A stretch of DNA of 63,997 nucleotides, the filler included, from Diploschistes diacapsis (taxonomy: Eukaryota): assembly GCA_023645945.1 (NCBI GenBank). It is 8 parts of 8 records of this genome, joined end to end, with 100 filler letters (N's around TTAATTAATTAA, not from the genome) between each part and the next. Parts side by side here need not be neighbours in the genome. Positions count along the whole stretch, not along the records: positions 8,087 to 16,070 come from JALAIB010001214.1; positions 16,171 to 24,154 come from JALAIB010001215.1; positions 24,255 to 32,222 come from JALAIB010001216.1; 5 more parts are not named here. The stretch is one strand, 5' to 3'. Of this stretch, positions 13,682 through 24,256 are shown piece by piece. Below the pieces are notes generated by a model. That model was given only the letters and a program-made list of their open reading frames with translations, was not told the origin of the DNA and ran no database searches. A program made the position numbers and the translations under genes. Each line of letters starts with the position of its first letter. The first letter of the stretch is position 1.

Positions 13682-15739
13682 ATGGCACCCTTCTCACCTC
13701 TCTCACAATCATCACTAAATCTATCATTCTCGCCCATAAAGTTCAGAGCCAATGGTCCCAAATCACCCACCCATAACATTAGTGAAGAAGAGCACAATAT
13801 GCAAGAAAATATTCCGCCTAGCTCTCCTTTTGGTATGGAAGAGGGGTTTGATGGCAAAGCTGCCACCATGATAGGAAGTCCCCGCCCGCGCCGCTCGCCT
13901 CTGAAGATACCCTCAGCTAGTTCTCCCGCAACTTCTCCAACGAAGCGAAGAGATTCAGATCCATTCTTGAGCCAGCAATTTCATAATCAGGACAGGGACA
14001 GGGTACTACACGATGAAGAGGACGACAGCACATCCAGCATGGCCGATGATTCTTTCGGCCACGGTCAAGCGTTCAATCCTGACGATACTTGCTTCAGCAA
14101 CTTTTCTGCCGTTCCTAACACCGACATGACTGCTTTCGCTGGGCTTTCCCGAAGCCCGGCACGTGCGGAGTCGCCCAGTAAAGTGCAAATCACACCATCG
14201 CGGCAGACCAAACAGACTGCCCCAGACACTGTGGTCCCTCGAAAGCTGAACCTTTCTCCCTCAAAAGCAGGCTCGCGACGATATGAAGACACAATGACCA
14301 CCCAACTGCTCGAGTTCACAGAACAAATCAACTACAGCCAGAGCTCCACACGCACACTAAATCAAGGCGGGCCTCTATCACCAAGTAGGCTACGAAGCGA
14401 GCCGAATCTACTAGCCGGCGCAAGCCACCGACTGAGATCCCCCGATCGTAATGGATATAATTTACTCGACTTTGATCTGCCACCAGCACCAACTCCACGC
14501 TCCGTTCCTTCAATTAGCGCCCGAGAGCTTGAGAGCCTGAAGGCGGGTTTCTTATCGGAGATATCCTCATTAAAAGCAAAGCTAAGTGGATATCAAGCCG
14601 AAACACAATTCTTGCAAAATACCAAAGACGACGCTGAACGAAGGATTGGGGAGCTTTCAGAAGAGTTGCGAGATGCTAAGGGTGAGAAGGAGAGCCTGAT
14701 AGGAGAAAAATCCGATTGGGAGAGGCGTGATAAGGAGATGCAGGAGATTCTTCGCGAGATCAAGACAGAGCTGGTACTGGGAGAGAAAGAGCGAAGTGAG
14801 CTCCAAGAAAATTTAGAAGACCGGGAAAAGGGCCTAAAAGCTGCCGAGGCTCGTGCATCAGAAGCAGAGAGCAAGCTAGCTGGCCTGCAAACACAGGTTG
14901 AATCACAAGCCTCGCCGGCAATGGATGGCTCAAACTCTGAAGGGAGCAACCCAGCAACGCCTGGTTCGAGCAACAACGCCGTCGAGGTCGCTGTCGAAAA
15001 GGTGGCGCGCGAGCTACATGCTCTCTACAAAACCAAGCATGAGCATAAGGTCGGCGCACTTAAAAAGAGCTACGAAGCGCGCTGGGAGCGGCGGGTCAAG
15101 GAACTTGAGACCAAGGTTGGCAACTTGACACGAGAAAACGAAGACCTCAAACTCGGTCGCGACGCCACTATGAGCGGCCTCGTGCCAGCAGCCATGAAGC
15201 AGGATCCCGTCGAGAGTCCGGGTGCCAAGGAGCGAAGAGAAAAGGCAAGGGAAGAAAGAGAGGCCGAACTCAAACGGCTAGGTGTGGAGAACGAAGGCAT
15301 CAAGAAGGAAGCTGCGGATTTCCAATTGAAGCTCGACGCATGCGAGAAGGGCATCGCTCGCCTCGAAAACGACAACAAGCAACTGGCTTCCGACCTTGAA
15401 GCGTCGCGGAAAGAGAACAGCGAGCTCGTGACCGCGGTCGAAGAGATGCTGCAGCTTGAGTCCAAAGCCCCTGCTGCGCCCGCCCCCGCGGCCATGGAGC
15501 CGGAACAGCACCAACCGACGCGGCCTTCCTCGTTGAGCAATGCTTCGGACGGCGGAATGAGAAATGGCGGTATTGCTCCAGCCTCCAAGCTCTCCGGTCT
15601 GAGAGGCCCGGGTTTCGGAAGCAGCCACAGTAGCGAGAGCAGGATAGGGACGATGAAGAGGAGCACGAGCGGGACAGGGAGCAGGAGTGGGATCATGAGC
15701 AATATTGAGAGGATGGGCAAGGGGCGTGGCGTGGAGTGA
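13682..15739 (+). CDS. Coiled-coil protein with fungal TACC/Slk19-type domain
   Basis: 685-aa intronless ORF with VARELHALYKTKHEHKVGALKKSYEARWE and LLDFDLPPAPTPRSVPSISARELESLK, plus long heptad regions. Confidence 0.75.
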   Translation: MAPFSPLSQSSLNLSFSPIKFRANGPKSPTHNISEEEHNMQENIPPSSPFGMEEGFDGKAATMIGSPRPRRSPLKIPSASSPATSPTKRRDSDPFLSQQFHNQDRDRVLHDEEDDSTSSMADDSFGHGQAFNPDDTCFSNFSAVPNTDMTAFAGLSRSPARAESPSKVQITPSRQTKQTAPDTVVPRKLNLSPSKAGSRRYEDTMTTQLLEFTEQINYSQSSTRTLNQGGPLSPSRLRSEPNLLAGASHRLRSPDRNGYNLLDFDLPPAPTPRSVPSISARELESLKAGFLSEISSLKAKLSGYQAETQFLQNTKDDAERRIGELSEELRDAKGEKESLIGEKSDWERRDKEMQEILREIKTELVLGEKERSELQENLEDREKGLKAAEARASEAESKLAGLQTQVESQASPAMDGSNSEGSNPATPGSSNNAVEVAVEKVARELHALYKTKHEHKVGALKKSYEARWERRVKELETKVGNLTRENEDLKLGRDATMSGLVPAAMKQDPVESPGAKERREKAREEREAELKRLGVENEGIKKEAADFQLKLDACEKGIARLENDNKQLASDLEASRKENSELVTAVEEMLQLESKAPAAPAPAAMEPEQHQPTRPSSLSNASDGGMRNGGIAPASKLSGLRGPGFGSSHSSESRIGTMKRSTSGTGSRSGIMSNIERMGKGRGVE

Positions 15740-16070
15740 GGTTGCCAGGGGGCTGCACAGGGAAAGAGTTATTGCTCAGCGTTTTGTCTTTGGTTTTACG
15801 AATGGGTACGGATGCTACTAGAGGGTTTACTTCTGCATCCTTCTAGAGATGCAGGTATATCACGCACTATACGTACTGATCTAGCATCTCCTAACTCATC
15901 GCCTCCTCTCCGCCCCGAACGTATCGTAAACAGATATGCAGGTACCGTCTCCAGCACGCCACGTTAGTCATTCATTCATTCATTCATTGAAAGTCGAGTC
16001 CTCACCACGCTTCAGCCGCACAAGGACAATCAACTTGACTCGCCCCCCTCCCCTTCCACCGCCACCGGCT

Positions 16071-16170
16071 NNNNNNNNNNNNNNNNNNNNNNNNNNNNNN
16101 NNNNNNNNNNNNNNTTAATTAATTAANNNNNNNNNNNNNNNNNNNNNNNNNNNNNNNNNNNNNNNNNNNN
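16071..16170. other. Artificial contig spacer 2
   Basis: N44-TTAATTAATTAA-N44. Confidence 0.98.
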
Positions 16171-16316
16171 ATTCATATATGATAGATAAGTGATTAAAAA
16201 GTAATGTTCCGAAAAAAAAAATAACGATTAATTTCTAATAATTATTGAAGATTTAAACTATTTCTTGTCAAAAGTGGCCGGAATATGGGGGTGGACGGAA
16301 TCCCCGTCAAACACGT
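16171..16316. mobile_element. Right end of another Fot1/pogo-like element, RIP-degraded
   Basis: gtggccggaat..gtggacggaat direct repeat followed by ..aaacacgt|ta; AT-rich upstream. Confidence 0.55.
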
Positions 16317-16466
16317 TATAACCTTCCGTATAGAGGTAATTTAATTAGTTTTTATTACTTTAATAACTAATAATAACCGTCCTTTTTACTAAATATCAAT
16401 TGGCATAATAATAGTTGAAATATATTGAAAACATATAGAAAAGGGGGTATGTGAGCGGATGACTTA

Positions 16467-16675
16467 ACGTGTTTCACCAGGAAACGGGTCACACCACGAA
16501 GCGAGTCATACATTATAATGTAATTGCGCTAGGTCGAGCGCTTCCATATTTGTACGAAGCTAAATCTATTCTCAACTACATTACCCCGTTCTTCGGCCTT
16601 TAAGAAATACATTTTACGAAGGTGCAGGGATTGTGACCCGCTTCGTGGTGTGACCCGTTTCCTGGTGAAACACGT
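16467..16675. mobile_element. 209-bp MITE, family A, with a tandem duplication of the terminal 12 bp (16678-16689)
   Basis: Perfect 37-bp TIR acgtgtttcaccaggaaacgggtcacaccacgaagcg with TA flanks. Shares taagaaatacattttacgaaggtgcagggattgtga with the 7127 copy. Confidence 0.92.
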
Positions 16676-17072
16676 TATGAAACACGTTAAACCCCTTACT
16701 AACTTGGCATGAATGATCACTGATCAACGGTCACATAGCGGCCCGTATTTTGACTTTCAGAATAACGCAAGCACCACGAATCAATAAAGCCCTATGGAAT
16801 TGTGTGCAAGTGTTGTAGACGTCTTGATTGTCAATGACAGGTTGTCGAGTGTTCGACAGAACTGATTTTACTATCATGCAAAGTATTTATACATACACGA
16901 CGATATATTCCATTTGTACAAGACAAGAAAGATGATGGGAGCTGTAGAGCGCAAAAAGATCTGTTTGCTAACTGGGGTATCATATTAGTCCAAAAAAGCC
17001 ATGGGAAAGTCGCAGATTGCAATGCACCGGCGCTTTGCATCGTGTACAAAGCAAAAGCAGTGGAGTAGAAAA

Positions 17073-19604
17073 TCATGCACTTCCGGGTGCTGTATCATCA
17101 TCTTTCACATCCTCCACGGTGGTCGCCCGGCCTTTGCCCTTGCCTTCTGCTTCCGGAACATGGATGTCATGCTGCATTTCTATAGAACGAGCACGAGAAT
17201 CAGGAGATGATGCTTCTCTAGTCGACGATGAAGATGGCTGATCAGTATGTTGAAATGACCATCGCGGAATATCCTCTCCGATTGCCTCAGCACGATTTGG
17301 AAGCCTATTCACGCGTTGTATGGACTGGGGTGGCAGAGGTTCAGAGGCGGCTGTACTAATGTTCATTGCAGTTTCCGAGGACCCAGCCGTGGCTTGTGTT
17401 GTAGCCACCGTTTGTGCGCTATTTGGTTGCGGTGCCGTACTGGGATCCGTAGATGGCGAAACACTAGGTATGGGGGCCTCTGGCGTACTAGAAGCGCCAG
17501 AGCTAGTATTTCGAGAAGGAACGGAAGGGTTGTGAAGCTCCGAAAGAGGCTGCAGAGGAAGCAAAGTCCAGCCATCAGGGATTGTGACACCAGGCGGCAA
17601 ATAAGAATTTCCAGAGCCGATCCCTTGTGATGAGGCGTTCGCTCCTAGCGTAGATAGACTGGGTTGAGGTGGCCAGATATTCCCTCGTAAGCCGGCGAAT
17701 TGCTGAGGTTGCTGCTGAAATTGGTTCGTGATCGCTTGTTCCGGTGTATGCGGAGTAACACTGGTTGCGTGAAGTATTCTTAAGCTCGCCAACTCCCCCT
17801 GGAGCGCGCGCACTCGCTGTAGCTGTTCAGCCTGCAGAGCCAAACTATTAATGTCCTGCATGAGCTGTTGCTCAATCATCTGGAGTTGACTTTGAGTGTC
17901 TTGTGGCATTGGCTGCCCTGACGCAAGAAGAGCTTGCCGCTGCTGCCTGCCAAGACCAAGACTAAATCCAAATTGGTGCACATTCTGGTTGTTACGAGCA
18001 TTGGGGTGCTGTGCTCGCTGATTCTCTAGCTGCTGCTCTAACCCTCGAAGATCGTTCCCAGCTCCAAACCCCAAGCGAATGGGACCCAGGTTGAAGAAAC
18101 GCACCCTATTCTGGTCGACATGTCTTGGGCCACCGTCAGCCCCGCCCTGTTCAGCGGGTGCTGCCTGTGCTTGGCCTGCGACTCCTTGCCCTGGGGCTCT
18201 AGGTGCAACGGGGGAATTGGGACCTGAGGTTAAAACGGGTGTTCGACATGTTGGACAATTCTGTTGACGTTCAAGCCAGCTGCGGAGGCAAGCTAAGTGT
18301 AGAATATGACCACATGGTAGCTTTTTGGCCCGGAGTCGCTCGTCCACGGGACTCGCGGGCCCTGCATCTGCCGCCTCGCGTGATCTTGTCTCTCGCCAAG
18401 CTCTCATCCCCTCACGGCATATTATACACACGTCTTGAGACCGTACGTCTTCCTCTGTAGCATCCGAATATCTTTCATTCATGTCTCGGGTGGCGTGACG
18501 ATATTTCATAAAGTCCGTGATGCGCTTGTAGAAGGATCTAATGGTTAGGGCAACGTCGCGAATAATATGGATGGGCATGCCATAGAACATGCAAAGAACG
18601 CAGAAAAATGTGAGATAGAGGAAGAGCTTCACAAAATCTATCCGGAAGATCAGCTTGGATCATAACGGTCAACTTAAGAGTTACTCACCAGTAGCAAGGT
18701 CCAAATAGAACACCCAACGACTTTTGTCTTCCCATCCGGGAGCATCGATATCATCCTCATCTAGCATCTCGTCAATTGGACTCTCTTCAGGTGGCTCTTC
18801 TCCAGCTGCGGCTGCATTTCTCGCTGCTGTCTCTCTTTCTCTGATTAATTCTTGCCGACGCTCCTGCAGCCGGATATTGGTTTGTTCTTTGATGATGATA
18901 GCCTCTCGCAATGATATGGCATAACGCAGGCAGGTAGACAATGAGTTGACGGTAAGAACAGCGAACTCAAAGGCAAACATCACCATCATGTTTGGCCTAG
19001 CTTGCTGTTGAACCGTGTAAATGGAGTACTTCAGCAAGTACACATCGAACATTAACGACATGCCAAGCGAGACAGAAAGTCGTGCGTGGAACAGGCGCGG
19101 GTCCGCCGGCGGTTGCTGCTCGAGGATCTCGACCCTGCCTTCCCCAATCCAACCCCAGACCTTGCCAACCAAAAGCGAAATGAACATAACCACGAACCAT
19201 GCCCCGACCTCGTCTCTGAAGATGGTCATGGCCAGACAGGTCTCGGTGACGGCGAACCATGCTTTTTCGTATAGCTGCTCGATTTCGATGGGCCGTAAAG
19301 GACCATAGAGAAGACGTTGTAAACCGAGTAGCAAACTGCCAACAACGAGGAGGAGTAGGTTTGATAGAATCTGCGTTGCAATCAGAAGCCCACAGTGTAC
19401 ACGTATTAGGACAGCAAACTACCATCAAGCAAGCATTACTCTGCGACAGATACACGCACGCGGAGTAAAAGTTGGCTCGTGAATGTACCGCTCGAACAAT
19501 GACTCCGGTAGCCAAGGCCATGGAGGTCTGGTATTTCCATTTCAGTTGAAATTCAGGCACCAGGCTCATGGAATACTCACTCCAGCATAAGCTGCGAACC
19601 TCAT
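17073..19604 (-). CDS. HRD1: ERAD E3 ubiquitin ligase Hrd1 (RING-H2), 4 exons
   Basis: [97 protein letters not shown]. Confidence 0.95.
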
Positions 19605-20238
19605 TTTAAACATTAGATGCTCAGAACCCTCACTGAGGGAGAGTTCGTCTTGCTTTGTTGCAGGATCAAGCGGGTCGTGAATTGGCTCAGTTACCAAAAG
19701 GAAAGAGGAAGAAGAGCATTTGAATCAGGAATTCTCAGGTAGTTGAAATTGTCGAAGTGGCCTCGGGCATGTTCTGGGAAGGATATTTATTCTTGTTCAA
19801 GAAAAACAGTAAGATGATGATGACTGTGGACACTTTGCCTTGTAATACAACCAGCTTATCACAAAAGACTAGGCTAGGCTAACGGTCACAGCCAATGAAG
19901 ACGTATATTCTCGGATGCGTATGGATATTCTAGTATTCAGACAGTTCTATTGGCTTATGGGAGCAGCGCCTAGCTGAAAACCGTGGCATTTCGGTTACGG
20001 ACCGTTAGTCCGTTGTTGCAATCGTTCCGGGAGCCGGGACTGTTGGTCCCTTGACTCAATCCCGAGTCCAGCTCGATTTATCAAACCCCTGGTAGTTGCT
20101 AGGTATCAACGTGTCTCACCAGCTCTTCTAGGAACTCTACGGTTCATATTGTGTGCGGAGTAAGGTCCGCCTAGTAAAGGGATCGCAACTTGATAGTGTT
20201 ATCTCCTGGCCTATTTTTAATACTACCCGTGGCAAAAC

Positions 20239-22153
20239 ATGGCCAGCCTTAGGCATACCATCGTTTACCTTGTTGCAATTTGTTTATTTTCCATCTCTTT
20301 CTTGGTCTTCATCAATTCTACTGTTTCGTTTGTTGTAACAGATGTAATTGGCCAGCACCAAGCTGTCGGCGACTCGGTTGGGACTCTGGGCTTCGTGGAC
20401 GAGCTAGTCGCTCTTGCGGCTTGTCCATTATGGGGGTTGTTATCGGATCGGATAGGCATTCGAACTGTTCGTACTCATCACCCCACTACCGTCTGCTACT
20501 AACACCCCAAAGGTTGCGGTTTCTGGATATGTTGTAGTCGGATTAGCATTCTTCGCATTCGTTCAAGCAGAGAATGTTGTGCCACAGCTTCTCCTCGCAC
20601 GGATGTTCTTCAGCGTGGGTGGTGCAGCCACTGCGACAATGGTCACTGCGATATTGCCATCCATAAGCGTGCCTAGGAAGGAAGGGAATTCATACGATGA
20701 CGACTCAAATCGGTTTCTAGCGCCTGCCCAACCAACACCCATGGCATCTACAGAGGCCACTTTGATGTCCCATACATTAGCACAGCGTTCTTCCGCACAT
20801 AAGGAAAGTTGGTTGTTGTCCCATCTCTCGGGAAATCGACTTGCTGGCCTTGTCGGAGTTTTCGCTGGATGTGGAGCTCTCCTAGCGCTTGGGGTTTTTC
20901 TGCCTTTACCGTCTCAATTCCAGAAGCACGGTGTCAGTCCCAAAGCTGCACTCAAGGACGCCTACTACATTGTGGGCCTGATCGCCCTTGTTGTAAGCCT
21001 TGTCTGTTTTATAGGCCTTCGAAACCTGCGGGGAGAGCAACAAAAGGGCCTTCATGCTCTTTGGAATCCGAGGGACAAGTCGGATGAAGGAGCACATAAG
21101 CCTTGGTCAGAGCCTCAGCTACCATACGGAAGATTGTTTGCTGAGTCGATTCGAGTTGCGGGACGTCACCCAGATATCTGCCTCGGATACATTGGTGGAT
21201 TCGTTGCTCGAGCCTCCTCAGTCGGGCTTTCTCTGTTCATTCCCTTGTTTGTCAACAACTACTTTATTACTTCGGGCCTCTGTAAGTTTGATGACGAGAC
21301 ACAGGTCAAATCTCAATGTAGGGAGGCGTACGTGTTAGCAGCCAAGCTTACGGGAGTTTCTCAGCTAATCGCACTTGTTATGGCTCCAGCATTTGGATAC
21401 TTTTCTGACAAAATCCGTTTCTACCAAGTGCCCTTACTCGTTGCCGCTGCCAGTGGCATGGTGGGTTATGCCGCTTTTGCCTTCATGATAGGAAATCCGG
21501 ATCCAAGCAGAGAGGGTGGAACCAGCTGGGTTTACCTTTTAGTCTCTCTGCTTGGGGTGGCCCAGATTGGTGCCATTGTCTGCAGCTTGGGTCTCATTGC
21601 TCGTACAATCTCTGCGTCGACATATGTGACAGATATAAGCCCACGGCACCAACGTGAAGGCAGAAGTGGTGGGCTAAACACACCCTCGCCTCATCCTGAG
21701 CTTGTACGTGCTCACTCCTATGACGAAACCCAACCACTTTTGGGAGACCCAAAGGTCGAAAACTATGACTTGACTCACCTAAAGGGATCTATTGCAGGAG
21801 CATATTCATTAGCGGGAGGGTCGGGCATACTCTTGCTGTAAGCTCTCTTCTTCTTGAAGCATTTCGTAGGGCATGACCGGTTCCTTCCTCATGCTTAGAG
21901 AAGCCGGATAAATCCTTGGCCTTTCTTGAGCAACATCTGCGTGGTGTTCTAGTTTCTTTATACTCTTTGCCTACCCACAGATCGAGCAAGAGCCTATGTT
22001 GATTGTTGCAGGACCAAATTAGGTGGAGCACTGTTCGATTCACAGTCCGCATCTGCTCCGTTCGTTATGTTGTTTTGTTTCAACGTCATATTATTCGTGG
22101 CAACCCTGTTAGTAGGGTTCATGCAGGCGAAGCGAGCTCTTGTCGCAGTGTAA
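20239..22153 (+). CDS. MFS transporter of unknown substrate, 3 exons
   Basis: VGTLGFVDELVALAACPLWGLLSDRIGIR; GYIGGFVARASSVGLSLFIPL; LKGSIAGAYSLAGGSGILLL|TKLGG. Introns 20467-20512 and 21838-22011; TAA at 22151-22153. Confidence 0.88.
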
Positions 22154-23097
22154 AGTCCCTTGGGCTTGAATACCTCTACCAAAACGCAACGTCTGCCTTT
22201 CTGTCCTTGGGATGTTCAAGCCAGCTACCAAGGCCGCCGTGCTCGGTCCTATCATGAGAGAACCGCATAATCAATCTTGATCAGTCCAATTTTCTGGTGG
22301 TTCGATCAGCAGCCAAATTCATAATCAAAGCGAGCTGAGCACTGGCCCTATTCCAAAGTTCGCTCGCTCGTCGTGAAGCGAAGTTCACCCTAACACGGTT
22401 ATAATAATGTATTAGTTTCCTTTATCGGCACCAGCGCTCTGTTAACATTGAGCCTTTTTAGAAACAATTTTCGATTAATCACTTCCGAGGTGGTGTGATT
22501 ATTTGCAAAGCTGAATTGAAGCTACCTGTCCAAGTCTTGCTGCACTGTGGCGTTGCAGGGATCAGAGTGCTTTACTCGCATGTGAAGAACACTGCCATCT
22601 CGGGCAGTGAGAGTTGTGCTACTTTGAATTCCCATTATACGATCCACCAAATTGTGCCTCAGAAGCTTCCCTCCGGCGAACCACTATAGACTATGGGATG
22701 GTCGTACTATGAGATTCGGAGGCGTATTGCATGTATGGGTAGTTGCGACTTTGGGATAGTCTGAAATGGTTGAGGTTTAATCTTTTGGTTTTGACACAAT
22801 CCATGTAAATGTAGAGATGGGGAGCAGAATCTACATTATATACTCTAGCAAGATACTAGGAGAGCCTCTCCTATATCTCCATACCAAGGACATGGTAAAT
22901 TCCTGGTCCTATGAACCCCATGTCGATGGGGGAAGTACACATTACGTTCATGGCCAGTACCTTTTTAGATGTAGATGTCGTTGTGATAACTCAAAGCTTT
23001 CTTGTGCTCTTTGCCCGTCAACCAATTCATATTACACTGCAGACGCTCCCACTCTACCACGACCTCGTCCCAACAGAAAACCTACAAACTAGTGCTA

Positions 23098-23285
23098 ACG
23101 TCTTTCCCCAGGAAACGGAACACCCCACGAAGCGGAACAACTACATTATAATATAATTAAGCGAGTTTTTGAGCCCCACAAATACACATAAAATTATTTT
23201 ATTTGTACGAAATTAAATCTTTTCAATTATATTACCTCACTTTCATCCCTACGCGGCCGTTCTTCGGCCTTTTATTAATTCGTTT
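23098..23285. mobile_element. Left part of a longer family-A element
   Basis: TA|acgtctttccccaggaaacgg.. TIR variant. Carries internal blocks found separately in the 7127 copy (gagccccaca..cacacataaa) and the 16467 copy (tgtacgaa..taaatct, ccgttcttcggccttt). Confidence 0.8.
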
Positions 23286-23289
23286 AAAT

Positions 23290-23856
23290 TAGGCTGGCCG
23301 TCACGGATATTGACACGGCCGTGTTCGTGGTTCGGATATAGCCGTGGCAGTATCCGTGTTTTAAATTTTTTAGCCGTAATGTCCGTATCCGTGCTTTTAT
23401 TATAATATAATATTTATAGAAATATCCGTGTTTTAAAAATTTTAATCGTAATATCCGTATTAATAAATTCATTACCGTGTCCGTACATTCACCGAAACAC
23501 TTTTAAATAATATTTATTTTTTAATAATTCTAGAATTATCACGCTTATTTCTTACGTTTTTATTTTTTCACCGCGGTGTTTCGGTGGATTCACGGTAGTG
23601 TTTCGATAAATTCACTATAATATAATATCCGTGGCAGTATCGTATTTTAAAATTTTTGGCGGTAATGTCCGTGGAAATATCCGTGTCTTAAATTTTTTAA
23701 TCGTAGTATCCGTGTCCGTGCTTTTACTATAATGTAGTATCCGTGGAAGTGTCCGTGTTTTAAATTTTTAACGGTAATATCCGTGGCAGTATCGTGTTTT
23801 AAAAATTTTCTCGGTAGTGTCCGTGGAAGTGTCCGTGGCACGAAACGGCCAGCCTA
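23290..23856. mobile_element. About 570-bp non-autonomous TIR element (family C) built of degenerate tccgtg-containing subrepeats
   Basis: 12-bp TIR taggctggccgt / acggccagccta; many (a/g)tccgtg and ttttaaatttt units. A second copy starts at 7801. Confidence 0.8.
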
Positions 23857-24154
23857 GACGTAATATTCTAACGATATTACGAAGAAATGTTACACGATAA
23901 CAAATATAAAAACCATTATCTTTTATACAACTATAAGATAAAAAAATATCCGATCGATATATATAACGAAAAGATAATAAAACTAAAAACGTATTTATTA
24001 ATAATAAAAAGAATTATTATAACAATAAAATTCTATTTCATATATAATATTTATCGTGTAAAAAAGTATGAACATCTAAATCACGTAGAATTTTATGAAC
24101 CAAAGAACTACCGTAACAAGAATTACATGATCTTAACATACCACGACTATAGAC
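23857..24154. repeat. AT-rich RIP-like relic
   Basis: Very AT-rich with residual C/G often in CG dinucleotides. Confidence 0.5.
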
Positions 24155-24254
24155 NNNNNNNNNNNNNNNNNNNNNNNNNNNNNNNNNNNNNNNNNNNNTT
24201 AATTAATTAANNNNNNNNNNNNNNNNNNNNNNNNNNNNNNNNNNNNNNNNNNNN
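24155..24254. other. Artificial contig spacer 3
   Basis: N44-TTAATTAATTAA-N44. Confidence 0.98.
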
Positions 24255-24256
24255 CG

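Noticed and set aside
15070..15720. Long antisense ORFs (also 25348-26193, 27439-28032)
   Set aside because: Shadow frames of real genes on the opposite strand.
21838..22011. TPP riboswitch in the long introns
   Set aside because: No CUGAGA or other TPP aptamer core motifs found here or in the other long introns.
23284..23841. Repetitive ORFs (LKHGY..) and a CRISPR-like look of the repeats
   Set aside because: Degenerate subrepeats of a TIR element in a eukaryote; no constant repeat with unique spacers.
23887..24210. ORFs containing X runs or ending in LIN (also near 32267, 48386, 56158)
   Set aside because: Products of the N/TTAATTAATTAA spacer and of RIP-degraded or low-complexity sequence.
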